DNA of 61,366 nt, the filler included. It is 6 parts of 6 records of this genome, joined end to end, with 100 filler letters (N's around TTAATTAATTAA, not from the genome) between each part and the next. Parts side by side here need not be neighbours in the genome. Positions count along the whole stretch, not along the records: positions 29,091 to 37,621 come from SRR2962707_1869; positions 37,722 to 50,554 come from SRR2962707_1873; 4 more parts are not named here. One strand, given 5' to 3'. Below are positions 29,222 through 40,172 of the stretch, piece after piece. Position numbers and translations under genes: made by a program. The first letter of the stretch is position 1. Each line of letters opens with the position of its first letter. The notes beneath the pieces were generated by a model, which worked only from the letters and a program-made list of their open reading frames with translations, had not been told where the DNA came from and did not search any database.

Positions 29222-30523
29222 ATGGCAACGAAAGGTAAGGACGCCCCAGCGGCGAGGAACAACAAGACTAAGAACAAGGTCAAGGCCAAGCGGCAAGTGT
29301 TTCGCAACAGCAGTAAAAACAAGCCGTCTGCACCCAACCCGATCTTCTCGCGCCTAGGGCCACGAGTGCCCCAGGCAAGCATTGCTGGGGCGGGCGCCGC
29401 TGCCCGCGCTCGCGCGATTGAGCTTTCGGCAAACCAACTCGATCAAATCGACAAGATGAAAAGCGAGGTCGTGTTTCTACGCGAACAAATGAAGCTCCAA
29501 AAGCAAATCAATATCTTGCGCGCACAAGTGCAGCGCGAGAGCACGGAGTTCACTCCGCTTGACGACGCGTCTCTTCAAGTTGACGGTCTCACCGAAGGTG
29601 TTGGTGCTGCCCCAGCGTTCGATGCTGCAGCTATTAGCGCTGCCGAGGCTGCAGCTGCGGAAGCACAAGCGGCTGCGGCTCTTGCTGCTGCGGAGGAGGA
29701 GGACGCCGCTCTGGCCAACGCTGAAGCTCCGGTGCCAGTCGTGAATGCTACCGGGCCCGTTACCGTTCTTGTTTCGAATTTGGCGCAGAGTGTTAGCAAA
29801 GCCGACGTCGAAGCAGTGTTCTCTATGTCGGATGTTCGAGCGTTGGCCCTGAAAAGTGTCGTGCTTCATCCTGCTGCTGTTGCTGGAGGGACGCAGACAG
29901 CCCATGTCGTGTTTGAGTCGGGAGCTGATGCCCAGTTAGCCATCGATACTTACAGTGGGCGTACGTTAGATGGTTTTGAAGTGAAGGTCGAAGTAGTGGC
30001 TGCCGTCCCCAAACCGCGCCGTGAACCGAAAGCACGCCAGGACAAAGCAAACGCCACGCCTTCGCGGCCCAGGAGCAACAGCACTGGCGGCAACAACTCT
30101 GCAAACAAGGCAAGTGCCTCAAAGCCCAAGTTTGATGGGGAGTGCAACTATTGTGGCAAGAAAGGTCACAAGGCTGCCGATTGCTGGAGCAACCCAACCT
30201 CTTCGAGTGCCAACACAAAAAAGGGTAAATCGCCCCCCGCCGCTAAAAAGCAGGTTGTTCGGATCGTCGGGATCAGTGGCAAGAAATCGCCGCGCAATGA
30301 CGGCCTGGGTGCCGCAGATCGAAAAATCGTCATCAAGACAAACGTTAACGGTCAGAGCTCGAACGGAAGCAAAACCCCGAAACGGTCGATCAAGGTGGTT
30401 GGCGGCAGCAATAACTCAGGTGGAAAGCGTCGCTCGCCAGGAGCCAATGGGAAGGGGGCGAACGGAGTGGGATACACAGGCCAAAAGAAACGCGTGCGCG
30501 TAAGTGTGACAAAGAGGCGGTGA
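29222..30523 (+). CDS. Intronless eukaryotic RRM + CCHC zinc-knuckle protein (ALYREF/THOC4-like RRM)
   Basis: VLVSNLAQSVSKADV...TAHVVFESGADAQLAIDTYSGRTLDGFEVKV RRM; CNYCGKKGHKAADC knuckle; basic low-complexity termini. Confidence 0.8.
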   Translation: MATKGKDAPAARNNKTKNKVKAKRQVFRNSSKNKPSAPNPIFSRLGPRVPQASIAGAGAAARARAIELSANQLDQIDKMKSEVVFLREQMKLQKQINILRAQVQRESTEFTPLDDASLQVDGLTEGVGAAPAFDAAAISAAEAAAAEAQAAAALAAAEEEDAALANAEAPVPVVNATGPVTVLVSNLAQSVSKADVEAVFSMSDVRALALKSVVLHPAAVAGGTQTAHVVFESGADAQLAIDTYSGRTLDGFEVKVEVVAAVPKPRREPKARQDKANATPSRPRSNSTGGNNSANKASASKPKFDGECNYCGKKGHKAADCWSNPTSSSANTKKGKSPPAAKKQVVRIVGISGKKSPRNDGLGAADRKIVIKTNVNGQSSNGSKTPKRSIKVVGGSNNSGGKRRSPGANGKGANGVGYTGQKKRVRVSVTKRR

Positions 30524-30830
30524 CGGGCCAGGACAATCTAGTGTTCGGTCAAGGGCTCTGCGTGGCAAATACAGCCAGGTCTGGCGTGTCGAAGCCCCGA
30601 CAACACTCGCGCGCGCCTTGAAGTAGCTATCCTCTAACAAAAATGTAAATACTATACTTGACTCCATGCCTCCATCATCTCGTAGTACTTTTGTACTTGT
30701 TATTCAACTCAAACCTTGATTCGTCGAAAGACCTGGGACTGCACGAGTGTGTGGAAAACTATTGCAACAAACCAGATTTTGACGACTGATGCATGTCTGC
30801 GTTTCCCAAAATGCAAATACGAAATCTTGA

Positions 30831-32614
30831 TTAGCCGACGATAAAAAACGCAGCATCATGGCTGGCGACCGGCACGGAAATGCTGTCGTTGAAGATGCCA
30901 AGGTCACGATGGCTCCATATGTCCCGGACCGCACACGAGCTACACAGCACATCTGGAAAGTGATGCAACACAAGGAAGGCGATTAAATAGCAGCAGGATG
31001 GCTCGGCGGGGTGCCGAGTGCAGTAACTGAAAACAAGACGGACCTGGCACGCTCGCAAAATCAACAGTCAAATTTCTTGTATCGCTTTCACTGTTCATGG
31101 CCAACACAGCAACTTTTCCCGAACCAACGGGCTTGTAAAGAAGTTGCCATGCAGGCGCAAGGACCGGCTTCTCTGCACCATTCGACTGCTCGATGAACGC
31201 GTCCGTGAATTCGAGCTTGCTGTAGCTTTCGTCGTATTTTCCCCCAGAATCACCGACGTATGCCTGGTTGACAGCTAGAACTTCCGTGTTGGCGATAACA
31301 TCCCAAATTTGGGCATTAACCGTGTCGTTTGTGACATCGTGGCTCAAAGTCAAAGGTGACGAAACAATTGCCCAAGCACCGAAATGACTGCGGGTTTCCT
31401 CGAACGACAAGCCTGGATCTGCGGCACCACCTGGGCCATGTTGGCAACCAACTTGGAGCATGTCGGGGTAGGCCCAACAACCAGGATAGCTCAAGTTCTT
31501 TCTGTGAAGTGGCATCACGGTAGCGAGATTGAACAGGACGGATGCGTACCTACAAATTATTCAGTTGCGAAGTTTATACCAGCATGCAATTGCGCTCTTG
31601 ACCCGGCATTTGGCACATGAAGCAGCGAGTCGAGGATAACGAACGATGCTCGGACGTCGTTCGAAGACCGATACAAATTCCATGGACACCCTTCCGCTGG
31701 TGGTTTCTGTGGGTCCGGGAAAGCTGGTGCCTGCAGGCATTCAAACTCAACATTCAGCACAACTCTTAATTCAGCGCACGAGCAAGCAGAGACCGTAATT
31801 CGAGCGCATCGGAATGCAACTTACGACGATTCCCCAATGGCAGTTTTCAACCATAATTGGCTTGCCAGAGGCAGCCAAGTACTTGTTGAAATCGACCAGG
31901 TTGGTTTCCCCACCGCATCCATCGAGCTTCCACGAGTCAAAGTTGTACGCGCGCAAAGCCGCCACATCTCCTTGAATTTGCTGCTGGCACTGCTCAGTCG
32001 ACTGGCAGTGGTCGCGACAAATACAATTATTTCCTGGCGCCAAACAAGCGGGCAAACAATAAAACAAACAAGGAGCAAGAAGGTTCCTTAGATCAAACGT
32101 GACAAAGTTGAAAAACGGCGTCATCGGCAGACGGCTGGTGAAACAACGCCAGTTGTCCGCTGGCCCAGAATATCAGCGGGAACGCCTGCGGCCAGGCGTG
32201 TCGCTGCATTGACTCACCGTACCATCCAGCTGTGAGGTTCAACCGATGGGCAAAGTCTGTCATGGCCTTGAGATCCGGGAAACGAGTCGTGTTGACAATG
32301 GGATTGCCCTTGTCGTCATGGTAGTGCATTCCTGGGGCGGCGTCGGGCGAGTCGCACTCCTGCCAGGCGTCGTCCAGACCTACGTCGCAATACCCCAGGT
32401 CGCACAATGAAGTCGTCCCGTTGTTGTGCTTCCGCACCGCCATGCCTTCCATGATGGACTCGATCAAAGTTTGATTCACGTTGGAGCCAAACAAGTTCCA
32501 ACTCCGCCAGCCCAGCGGGGGCGTGAGGGCGAGCCCGTTGTCGTTCGCGAGGACGCCCCGGAAGGACCCAGAAGCGGCAGCCACCGCGAGGATCCACGTT
32601 GCTGTCCGGTCCAT
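30831..32614 (-). CDS. Eukaryotic 5-exon secreted GH27 alpha-galactosidase / alpha-N-acetylgalactosaminidase
   Basis: Signal peptide, DNGLALTPPLGWRSWN, LDDAWQ, WKLDGC (nucleophile Asp), YRSSND (acid/base), YPDMLQVG, RSHFGAWAIVSSPL, VRDIW; GT-AG introns such as 32034-32217 and 31731-31824. Confidence 0.92.
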
Positions 32615-32878
32615 GGCGCGAAAATGTTCTTTTTTCTTCCTTTTTCCGTTTCCCGTTGCTGCCCTGTTCTTTGCTTCGCGGAGTTCTTTTTCAATTCCCT
32701 TTTGTCCCTGCGCTTTTCCTCCTTGCCTTTCTCTCGCTCTTGGCACTCGACTTTTGCTCTGGTTCTTTCTTTCCGGGTGTGATTTTTTTCTTCTTGGCTC
32801 AGCTCCGGAAGGAGAGTCCGCACGGGTTGAGATCTACCGGTAAACTGCACACGAAAACGAGCACAACACTTTGACCGT

Positions 32879-32917
32879 CATACTTGACTTACTACTTACT
32901 TACTTACTTGACTTACA
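32879..32917. repeat. Imperfect (TACT)n tract between the two glycosidase genes
   Basis: Seen directly. Confidence 0.7.
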
Positions 32918-33122
32918 CTTTCACTCGAGAAGTAGACCAACACCAGACATACATCAAACAAACATTGGAATCGAGAGACACAGGTCGGACGGGATCTTTC
33001 AAGTCCCTGTGATAAGAAGCAAGTGGAAGGCGCGATGCGATGTAATTTTACAGCAACCAAACGATTGGCTCAAAAACGATTGCACGGCCTGTCCCGAGTC
33101 CTGGCCTGGAACGTGGGAATCT

Positions 33123-36100
33123 TCAGTCAAAGGCAATGGCCTGAGTGCCTGCAGCGTCAAAGTGAGCCGACTTGCACGCAAGTTCAAGAGACGTCACTTC
33201 GACGACACAGACTGTGACGGTTTCATTGGCGGCACCCTGGACTTGAGCAGTCAGTGTCTTCGACGCGTCATCATAGGTAACGCCGTGCGAGAAACGAGCG
33301 ACCCTTGCGGCAGTGGTGTACTTGTCAGGCTCCCCAACAAAAGCAAAAGCGCCGGTAATAGGTGCAGCAATAGCGTAAACGTGGCCTTCGTAACCCGCTT
33401 CAAGCTTCATGCTGGTGGCCAGAGGTTGAGACGTCCGTGTGTACCAGTTGTAGATAATGTGGCTGTGTGGACAAGAACCAAATACGCAAAGAATGAACAT
33501 GTTTTCGGCAACGAAATTGATGGCATCAGCAACCACCCTTCGAGACATCAGCCGCGGGCACCCACCTGTTCGTAGTTGCATCCAGGTCAAAGTGGCGGTC
33601 GGACAACTGGGTTGCCGAGTTACTGAAAACGTAATGAACGGTTGCATTTAATTGCTCGACCTCGGAATAGGTGTGACTGATGCGGCAAAGGCTGTCTCGC
33701 GCAGCAAAACAGGCGTCACTTGTCATGATCGGGCGGTCGGGTTTGAGCACTGTGCCGTCGCCGCGGCAAGAGGCCATGACACGAGTTTTGTTCAGCAATT
33801 CAATGCCATCCATGGGTCCAACCATAGCACAGCTCAGCGTGGCCTAGGGAGTCAATCACACGCAGTTATGTGAGGACGAACACCCAAATCTTCGGGCTTG
33901 GCAATTTCATTGTGGTTCCCATTCTCACCATGATGATTTCGCGGTCCGGGTTCGTCTCTGGACCAATAGTTTGGCCTCCAAATTGGGGCAGGTTGCTTGA
34001 ATAGAAACCATCTTTGAATGGCAACACTCCAATTGCCCAGTAGAACATCGCGGTGTTTGGAATGGACCATTGGTCAGTAGCATGAAAGTAATCTCCTGTC
34101 GCTCGTGCGTTGGTGACAGCTGGTTCCGCGGCTGCATGAAGCACATCGTATCTGGCGCAGCAAACAAGCAAAACGTTACGAATACGCAAGGGCTTGCTTT
34201 GCCCAAGGGGGGAGTACGAACGTAGATTCGATCCAATCCACTGCCTCACGTACGGGTAGGGCATGCAATACTGCACGGAGCGGCCGGATTTTGCAGCTCC
34301 CGCAGCCATTCCAGTAAGCCAAAGGTCGCCCATGGAAATGTTGTTGTTGAGAGCATCGACACCATCGTACTCTGTGCACATCCAGTCTTGCTCATACATG
34401 GAGAGCCCCCAACCCTCTTGCTGCTGGAAGAACCAGTCAAAGAATGCCTCTGGATCCTTTGGGATAGCGAACCTACAGGAGTTCAAAGCGGTACTCGGAG
34501 TGAAAGCGCATCCACACGGTGGTAATCTTCCACATGGGGACTGGCAAAAGAGCGGTCAGCGAATGCAACGTACTTGGAGGTATACCATTCAAACTGAGGA
34601 AGGTTCTTGATGTAGTCAGACTGCGTCGACCACTGTCGATTGTGCATGATGGTTGGCATACCGTTGGGCATGCCTGCACCAAGCTGGCTTTGAATGTTTG
34701 CCATTCCGGACGGGAAAACAGACGGCAAAGCCGTCCAATTCGTAACGGCGCCGCCGCCGCCGCCAGGGCCCACACCGCCGTCTTTGGGGTAGAACCAAGA
34801 ATCAAACTGCCAATGACCAAACGGAACACCCAAAGCGTCGTGGTACGCTTTCACTTTTGGCAGCACTTCCTCATAGGTTGCCGATTTGTTTTTGCCAGTT
34901 GAATAATGGTAGTAACCACCTGGCATGAGTGTACGCAATGTTGCACAAAGGTGACCGTCCAATTCTGGGAGAAGATATACAGTGTGCCGAGTCCACAAAA
35001 CAAGTTTTCAATTCTGCATAGTACTGCGAAATCGCACCGTTGTCAGTCCAGAATCCAATCGTGCTGTGAGTTTGGTCAAGGTACCTATTTTCCGCATGGT
35101 AAAAAATGAGACGTGGGATGCAAATGACAAAGAAATGCCTCAGCAGCAACAGCAGGGAGACGTACATGTCCGCTCGCTTTTTTCCAGTGAACGTCAACAT
35201 GCGGTCGCCCCATGCCATCATCCCAGAGTTGATTCCGTGGCCAGCAGAGAGCATGTACGTTTGAGTCCACCCGGCAGGGGTAACCAGCACTTTAGCTTTC
35301 ACACCAGCACCGAAGTAGTCCGCCGCTGCAGTGACATGCTGCGCTTTGGGGTAGTTCACAGGCGAGAAGACTGCCATGGGAAGCTCCTCCGCGTCAGCGT
35401 CGAAAATAACGATTGGTGCAGCTCCCTCGGATGTTGGTTCAAAAGAACTCAGTTTCGCCTCTATTGCCAAACAGAGTGTACGTAAAGCGTGAAACAATGT
35501 TGGAGGCCAATCAATGAATGCACGGCAATCATGCATCAGCCAAAGAGCGCTGTCGCGCGACAACAAGAACATAGTCGGCGCAAACCCATCGTACCCAAGA
35601 GGGTCGGGAACACGCCGTGGTATGCAAATACGTCAAGATCTTTGCCAGACGGGCTTTTGCGGGAGAATCCAGGGAAGACAGTCTGCGCGTAACTTTGGCT
35701 TTCAGCCGATTTGACATCGAAACAGGTGCACTTGAGGTCCTCACACTTTGACTGGCACGCGGCTTGATCTAAGTCGCCTGTGAAGGCCCACTTGTGGTCG
35801 TCGTCGCAGTACTTGCCACTGTGCTCGTCAAAGGTCCCAGGCTTGCTCGCACTGGGAGTGAATGCTGAGTAACCTTGCTCACTGTCTGTCAGGGACACAT
35901 TGGCTTCGGTTACGATGCGGCATCCGTCAAAATTGTCCCGCACGAGCGTTGACTTTCGGCTGCCCGCTGTAACGTTAATCTCGTTGGGGAAGTGCTGCTC
36001 AAACACGATGAGACCTTCGTCACTTGAATAGGTTTTGAAAGTGGTCGTCATGAGCGTATCATCATCAGCGGAAGTAGCACGGCGCGTACTCGCGCTTTTC

Positions 36101-36348
36101 CATGAGAAGGTTGTTGCTTGGAACTCTCCAAACGCGTCTGTCCCCGAAGACGTGGAAGCCGGAGCGCTCTGAACGAGCTCCCCGGCAGAGGCCGACAAGA
36201 AGTTGGCCATAACTTCCGAGCCAGCAAGGAACGGGTTTCCATCCAAGTTGATTTGAAAGGCTCCCGAGGTCGTGTTGACTTCAAGGTCAAACTTCTGGGC
36301 ACTGGCCACACCGGCGGCCGAAAGTGCCAGCAGCGACAGGCGCACCAT
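33123..36348 (-). CDS. Eukaryotic 8-exon secreted glycosidase-like protein (TIM-barrel, clan GH-D-like, family not assigned)
   Basis: Signal peptide MVRLSLLALSAAGVASA; seven GT-AG introns (first 35461-35594) give one frame with motifs GFWTDNGGYYHY, QFDSWFYPK, HNRQW, YEQDWM, QYCMP, RATGDY, VGPMDG, DGTVLKPDRP, FVGEPDKY. Confidence 0.75.
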
Positions 36349-36559
36349 CCTCCGCTTGCTTCCGAGTTGGCGAGATCGAGCGACCCACGTTGGTTCGGCG
36401 TTGGATTTCTTGCTTTTTGCTTTTCGTCTCTTGTCCTTTCCCGGTCCCAAAGAAAAAGCGAAATGGATGCGCTCTCGGCTTTTGTTTCTTCCCTTCGACT
36501 CCTCCCTCAAAGTGTTTCCATAAGAAAGAAAGAAGTCGAAGACGTAGCCGTCTCGGCTC

Positions 36560-36628
36560 GCCACTCCTTCGTCTGTCCCGCCCAGCTAGCTGCAGACGAA
36601 GGAGTGGCGGGACAGACGAAGGAGTGGC
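36560..36628. repeat. 23-bp perfect inverted repeat enclosing a 10-bp palindrome and a 16-bp direct repeat
   Basis: 36560-36582 is the reverse complement of 36606-36628; CAGCTAGCTG at 36583-36592; CAGACGAAGGAGTGGC at 36593 and 36613. Confidence 0.9.
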
Positions 36629-36663
36629 TGCCTGCCTCAAAAAAATAAAAAATAAAAGATCTC

Positions 36664-36930
36664 AAAACACCTCGAAAAATAGACTGTTTTGTAAAGATCA
36701 CAACAGGGCAGCTAAAGCACTAAAATGGGTAGAGGCAACGTGGATGTCTCTACCCAGCCGCTCCCACTCCCACTCACCAAAATACATCTCGAAAAATAAA
36801 TAAATAGCAAATAATAGACTTTTTTTGCTTTTTGGTAAAGGGCAAAACAGGGAAGATAAAGCACTAAAAATGCATGTACATGTATTGTGAAAAAGTCTCA
36901 ATCCCACCCCTCCCACACCCCCACTCACTC
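36664..36930. repeat. Degenerate two-copy tandem repeat
   Basis: Both copies share ctcgaaaaata, aatagact, gtaaag, aacaggg, taaagcactaaaa and cccactcac in the same order. Confidence 0.7.
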
Positions 36931-37621
36931 AAGTCAAGTGTTCGCCTTTTCCCTTCATTCACTGACCACATTCGTTCCACTGTGTTTTAGTGAGCACTAC
37001 ACTGGGCATAAAACCTTGCATCGTAGCGTTGAGCAGCATTAAATTATCCATTCTATAGCTCTATTTAGGATTCATTTATCTATAAATCTCTCATTATATC
37101 CTCGTTTTATGTGTCATATTAAAACTCATAAATTTGTTGCTTTCGGTAAACTACTTAAAATAGCTCAAGTTTACGCTTAAGTTACGAGAGTTCAAAGCAT
37201 TTGATCAATTTATGGTCATTGAGCCTTTTCGGGGGCAAGTGAGTGAGTGAGGGCTGTGAGTCGGTGAGTGAGTGAGCGATTGAGTGAGCGGGCCTTGGGG
37301 CTGGCCCTCTGTGAGTGGAGGTACGAGGGGTGCGCAGCGGCCACGCCCAGTCCTGGGGAGTCAAGGCCAATGGACTGAGCCAACCCCCTTGTGCGTAAAA
37401 CAGACCTCTTCTGCTCTATCTACACATTAAAATTGGTTTAGAAGTCCCTTTGTAGAGACAGAGCGCACCCTAATAGTGTGAGACGAACGACAAGGCCACA
37501 CCTCGAACCACACACGATCGTGTCAACACCCTCTCTCCGTCCACCCTCACCCTCGACTGAGCGACCTTCGCACTCTTGCCATCTATTTCGTTGTGTGTGC
37601 CCCCCCCCCCCCCCCCCCCCC

Positions 37622-37721
37622 NNNNNNNNNNNNNNNNNNNNNNNNNNNNNNNNNNNNNNNNNNNNTTAATTAATTAANNNNNNNNNNNNNNNNNNNNNNN
37701 NNNNNNNNNNNNNNNNNNNNN
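37622..37721. other. Artificial contig spacer (preceded by a poly-C run at 37600-37621)
   Basis: N-run with TTAATTAATTAA. Confidence 0.98.
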
Positions 37722-37722
37722 C

Positions 37723-38049
37723 TGGTTCGCCAACAACTTCCAGTTCTTCGGAGCGCCGGTGGCGCTGTTCTGCTACGTGCACCGCAGCATGGGTCCGCCG
37801 CAATGGTCGGACCTGGGCATGTACCTGCAATCTGTGATGCTGCTGCTGCGCGAAGCGGGTCTCGACAGTTGCCCGCAGGAGTGCTGGTCGCGCTATCCGC
37901 AAACGCTGGGGACGTTTTTCCAGGCCCCGGACGAGTGGATGCTGTTCACCGGCATGGCCATCGGTTACCGGGATGAGAGCGCCGACGTGAACCGGCTTCG
38001 CACCCAGCGGGCACGATTGGATGACATCGCGGAATTCCACGGCCTCTGA
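37723..38049 (+). CDS. Nitroreductase family protein (NfnB-like), C-terminal part
   Basis: NFQFFGAPVAL, WSDLGMYLQSVMLL, GLDSCPQ, GMAIGY. Confidence 0.85.
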   Translation, partial: WFANNFQFFGAPVALFCYVHRSMGPPQWSDLGMYLQSVMLLLREAGLDSCPQECWSRYPQTLGTFFQAPDEWMLFTGMAIGYRDESADVNRLRTQRARLDDIAEFHGL

Positions 38050-38147
38050 CTATCCCGGCGTAACCGGCGGGCCAGGGTCCGGGCCTGGCCCCGGAGCCGA
38101 CCAATCACTGATATAACAAACTGATACCGTGATCATAAGGACACCGA

Positions 38148-39386
38148 ATGTATTCCTTCAGCGACACCTCTCTACAACTCCAGGATCGGCTCGTTCGCTT
38201 CATGGACGATTATATCTATCCCAACGAACGGGCCCACGCCGAACAACTGGATCACGCCGACAACCGGTTTGCCCCGCTCCCCCTGATAGATCAATTAAAG
38301 GACAAGGCCAAGCAGGCCGGGCTATGGAATTTGTTCGTTACCCCGGAATTGAGCCACTTCGCCGACCACCCCGGACTGAGTCATTTTGATTACGCGCCTT
38401 TGGCTGAAATCATGGGCCGTGTGCTGTGGTCACCGGAGGTATTCAATTGCAATGCCCCGGATACCGGGAACATGGAAGTGTTGATGAAGTACGGCAACGC
38501 CGACCAGCAGGCAACATGGCTGACACCGCTGCTGAACGGCGACATTCGTTCCTGCTACTGCATGACCGAACCCGACACGGCGTGCTCGGATGCCACCAAC
38601 GTACAGCTGCAAATCCGGCGTGATGGCGACGAATGGGTGCTCAATGGCCGCAAGTGGTTCATCACCAACGCCTTCCATGAACGCAGCAAGATTCTTATCG
38701 TCATGGGCAAATCCGATCCCGACAACCCGAACCGGCACCAACAGCAAAGCCAGGTGCTGGTGCCCAAAGAAACGCCCGGCGTGGAGCTGGTCCGTCCGCT
38801 CAGCACCCTGGGCTACGACGACGCGCCTCTCGGCCACGCCGAGGTTCATTTCAATAATGTTCGCGTACCGCTGGGCAATATGTTGCTCGGTGAAGGACGC
38901 GGTTTCGAAATTGCCCAGGGGCGCCTGGGACCGGGCCGCATCCACCATTGCATGCGCCTGATCGGTGTCGCTCAGCGTTCTTTGGAACTGGCTTGTCAGC
39001 GTGCGGAGTCCCGTGCCACCTTCGGCCGTCCGCTCAGCCAGCATCAGTCCGTGCGCGAGGATATCGCCCGTTGTTTTTCGGAAATCGAGATGGCGCGTTT
39101 GCTCCTCCTGAAAACCTGTCGGCAGATGGATCAGCATGGTACTCAGGGAGCGCTGGATCTGATCGCCGCCAGCAAGACCACCGTGCCCCGGCTGGTGCAG
39201 AACATCATCGACCGCTGTATGCAAATCCACGGTGCCGGTGGCCTTACCGCCGATTACTGCATGGCGGAAGGCTTCAACTACGCGCGCTGGTGCCGGCTCG
39301 CCGACGGTCCCGACCAGGTTCACGAAATGACCCTGGGCAAAACCATCATCCGCCGTTACGCCGATCAGAACGGAGCGGCCTCATGA
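38148..39386 (+). CDS. Acyl-CoA dehydrogenase of the ACAD10/11-LvaC type
   Basis: PEVFNCNAPDTGNMEVL, MTEP..ACSDATN, QGRLGPGRIHHCMR, RLADGPDQVH. Confidence 0.92.
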   Translation: MYSFSDTSLQLQDRLVRFMDDYIYPNERAHAEQLDHADNRFAPLPLIDQLKDKAKQAGLWNLFVTPELSHFADHPGLSHFDYAPLAEIMGRVLWSPEVFNCNAPDTGNMEVLMKYGNADQQATWLTPLLNGDIRSCYCMTEPDTACSDATNVQLQIRRDGDEWVLNGRKWFITNAFHERSKILIVMGKSDPDNPNRHQQQSQVLVPKETPGVELVRPLSTLGYDDAPLGHAEVHFNNVRVPLGNMLLGEGRGFEIAQGRLGPGRIHHCMRLIGVAQRSLELACQRAESRATFGRPLSQHQSVREDIARCFSEIEMARLLLLKTCRQMDQHGTQGALDLIAASKTTVPRLVQNIIDRCMQIHGAGGLTADYCMAEGFNYARWCRLADGPDQVHEMTLGKTIIRRYADQNGAAS

Positions 39387-40159
39387 GCCCCGTTGCCGAT
39401 CGCTTGTCACTGAAAGGCAAGACCGCGTTGGTCACCGGCGCCTCCAGCGGTCTTGGCGCGCACTTTGCCCGGGTGCTGGCTCTGGCCGGCGCCCGCGTGG
39501 CCGTGGCCGCCCGGCGTACCAGCGCCCTGGAGCGACTGGTCAGAGAAATTGGCGATAATAACGGCGAAGCTTATGCCGTCGCCATGGACGTTACCGATCC
39601 GGCCAGCGTCACCGACGCCATTGATGGTATCGAAGCACATTGGGGAGCGGTGGATATTCTGATCAACAATGCCGGTGTGGCCGATCCCGGGCGCTTCCTC
39701 AAGATCGACCAGCCCCGTTGGGACTTTGTCATCGAAACCAATTTGAACGGCGTCTGGCGCGTGGCCCATGAAATAAGCCGGCGGCTGGTATCCCGATCCC
39801 TGCCCGGCGCCATCGTCAATGTGGCATCCATTCTCGGCCTCCGGGTCGGTATCGGACAAAGCAGCTACAGCGCGTCCAAAGCCGCGGTGATCCAACTGAC
39901 CCGGGCCATGGCACTGGAACTGGCAGAACAGGGCATCCGCGTCAACGCCCTGTGTCCCGGTTATTTCGAAACCGAGATGAACCAGGATTATTTCGCCACC
40001 GAGCAAGGCAAGCGGTATATCGGGCACACCCCCGCCGGCCGGCTCGGCCAGGTATCGGAACTGGACGCGCCATTGTTGCTGCTGTGCAGCGACGCCGGCA
40101 GTTTTGTCAACGGCGTGGCATTAGCGGTCGACGGCGGCCATCTGCTCAAATCGCTGTGA
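39383..40159 (+). CDS. SDR family NAD(P)-dependent oxidoreductase
   Basis: TGASSGLG, INNAG, YSASK; ATGA overlap with the ACAD stop. Confidence 0.92.
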   Translation: MSPVADRLSLKGKTALVTGASSGLGAHFARVLALAGARVAVAARRTSALERLVREIGDNNGEAYAVAMDVTDPASVTDAIDGIEAHWGAVDILINNAGVADPGRFLKIDQPRWDFVIETNLNGVWRVAHEISRRLVSRSLPGAIVNVASILGLRVGIGQSSYSASKAAVIQLTRAMALELAEQGIRVNALCPGYFETEMNQDYFATEQGKRYIGHTPAGRLGQVSELDAPLLLLCSDAGSFVNGVALAVDGGHLLKSL

Positions 40160-40172
40160 TCCGGGAGGCGGC

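Noticed and set aside
22408-37621. Fragmented ORFs as pseudogenes, frameshifting or an alternative genetic code
   Set aside because: Every break I traced is explained by a canonical GT-AG intron that restores the frame.
22408-37621. Bacterium-to-eukaryote insertion implied by bacterial neighbours in the window
   Set aside because: The neighbours lie across artificial spacers.
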